Virus record (IMG/VR): IMGVR_UViG_3300012940_000030
Location: 1-55,307 of that record
Source of the DNA: a virus
Lineage: Duplodnaviria; Caudoviricetes
Direction: 5' to 3' (one strand)
Length of the DNA: 55,307 nucleotides
Below are positions 54,791 to 55,307 of the stretch, piece by piece. Numbering within the stretch: the stretch's first letter is position 1; every line of letters begins with the position of its first letter. The translations under genes were made by a program, and so were the position numbers. A model generated the notes under the pieces. It was not told where the DNA came from. It saw nothing but the letters and a program-made list of their open reading frames with translations, and searched no databases.

Positions 54791-54991
54791 CTAGTGCCTC
54801 TCTTCCCAGGGCCGCTCAACGAGCATGCGGCGATACCACTGCTTCGCCGCTTTGTGGTTCTTGACGACTTCCACTGAGCAGACTACCACGTTCTCGTCGC
54901 CGCGCTGCGGATGGCCCAACGTGATGACCGCCAGAAGCCCCTTGCCGTTCGGGTTCTGATCAGTCGTCAGGTAGAACTGTTGCTCCGCCAC
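54791..54991 (-). CDS. hypothetical protein
   Basis: TAAGGAG RBS. Confidence 0.65.
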   Translation of the reverse strand: MAEQQFYLTTDQNPNGKGLLAVITLGHPQRGDENVVVCSVEVVKNHKAAKQWYRRMLVERPWEERH

Positions 54992-55307
54992 GTCCGGCGC
55001 TCCTTATGGTTTTGCGAGACCCATCGCAAACCAGTGGCGCCACTCGGGGCCACGGGCACGACGGCGCCAGAGCAGGTGTTGCAGTCGTAACCAGCGCATT
55101 GCTCGGCTCCTTCACTTCTTCGGGTTCATTCGCTTTTTCCAGATCGTGTAGGCACGCTCAGGAGTGAACGCTATGCCGTTCGGCGAAACGATTTGCTTGA
55201 GCGGCGCCTTAGTATCTTTCCACTCGGGATAGTCTATCAAATTACGCCATATGGCCTTTGCTTCGGCGAGCTGCTGTGGCGTGTAATCCGGCTTTGGTCG
55301 GCCCTTG

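Noticed and set aside
1-55307. Complete genome with terminal repeats
   Set aside because: Both ends fall inside ORFs and share no repeat; part of the accessory arm is missing

Overview
About 55 kb of a temperate, GC-rich tailed phage, very probably infecting Alphaproteobacteria (Hyphomicrobiales-like). It appears to be in the excised form: an intact attP matching the 3' half of tRNA-Thr(GGT) lies just downstream of a tyrosine integrase, with phage-like genes on both sides. The minus strand carries a late operon (terminases, P22-like portal, scaffold, N4-gp56-type major capsid, P22 gp4/gp10/gp7-like tail and ejection proteins, fibre proteins, multidomain endolysin). It also carries a replication/early operon (two DnaA-C-terminal-like proteins, HTH initiator, SF2 helicase, HNH-AP2 endonuclease, primase, metallophosphoesterase, dATP/dGTP diphosphohydrolase, AAA ATPase, NusG-like antiterminator). 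The plus strand carries a CI-like repressor, an ERF recombination operon with many small genes, xis/int and two inserted cassettes. Three things stand out. (i) A methyltransferase and a fused double glycosyltransferase sit directly behind the capsid gene, a candidate virion-glycosylation system; a GT25 moron and a sulfotransferase-like gene occur elsewhere. (ii) There is an unusually rich layer of non-coding structured RNA: five GCGAYA-loop hairpin/pseudoknot units before the scaffold gene, three CCGCCA-loop hairpins before the replication genes, and a ~730-nt structured leader with an MmgR/suhB-like sRNA where cro would normally be. (iii) A small-gene plus HTH cassette is driven by duplicated CAAATCAC-box promoters. 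All calls are from reading the sequence by eye; no database searches or folding programs were run.
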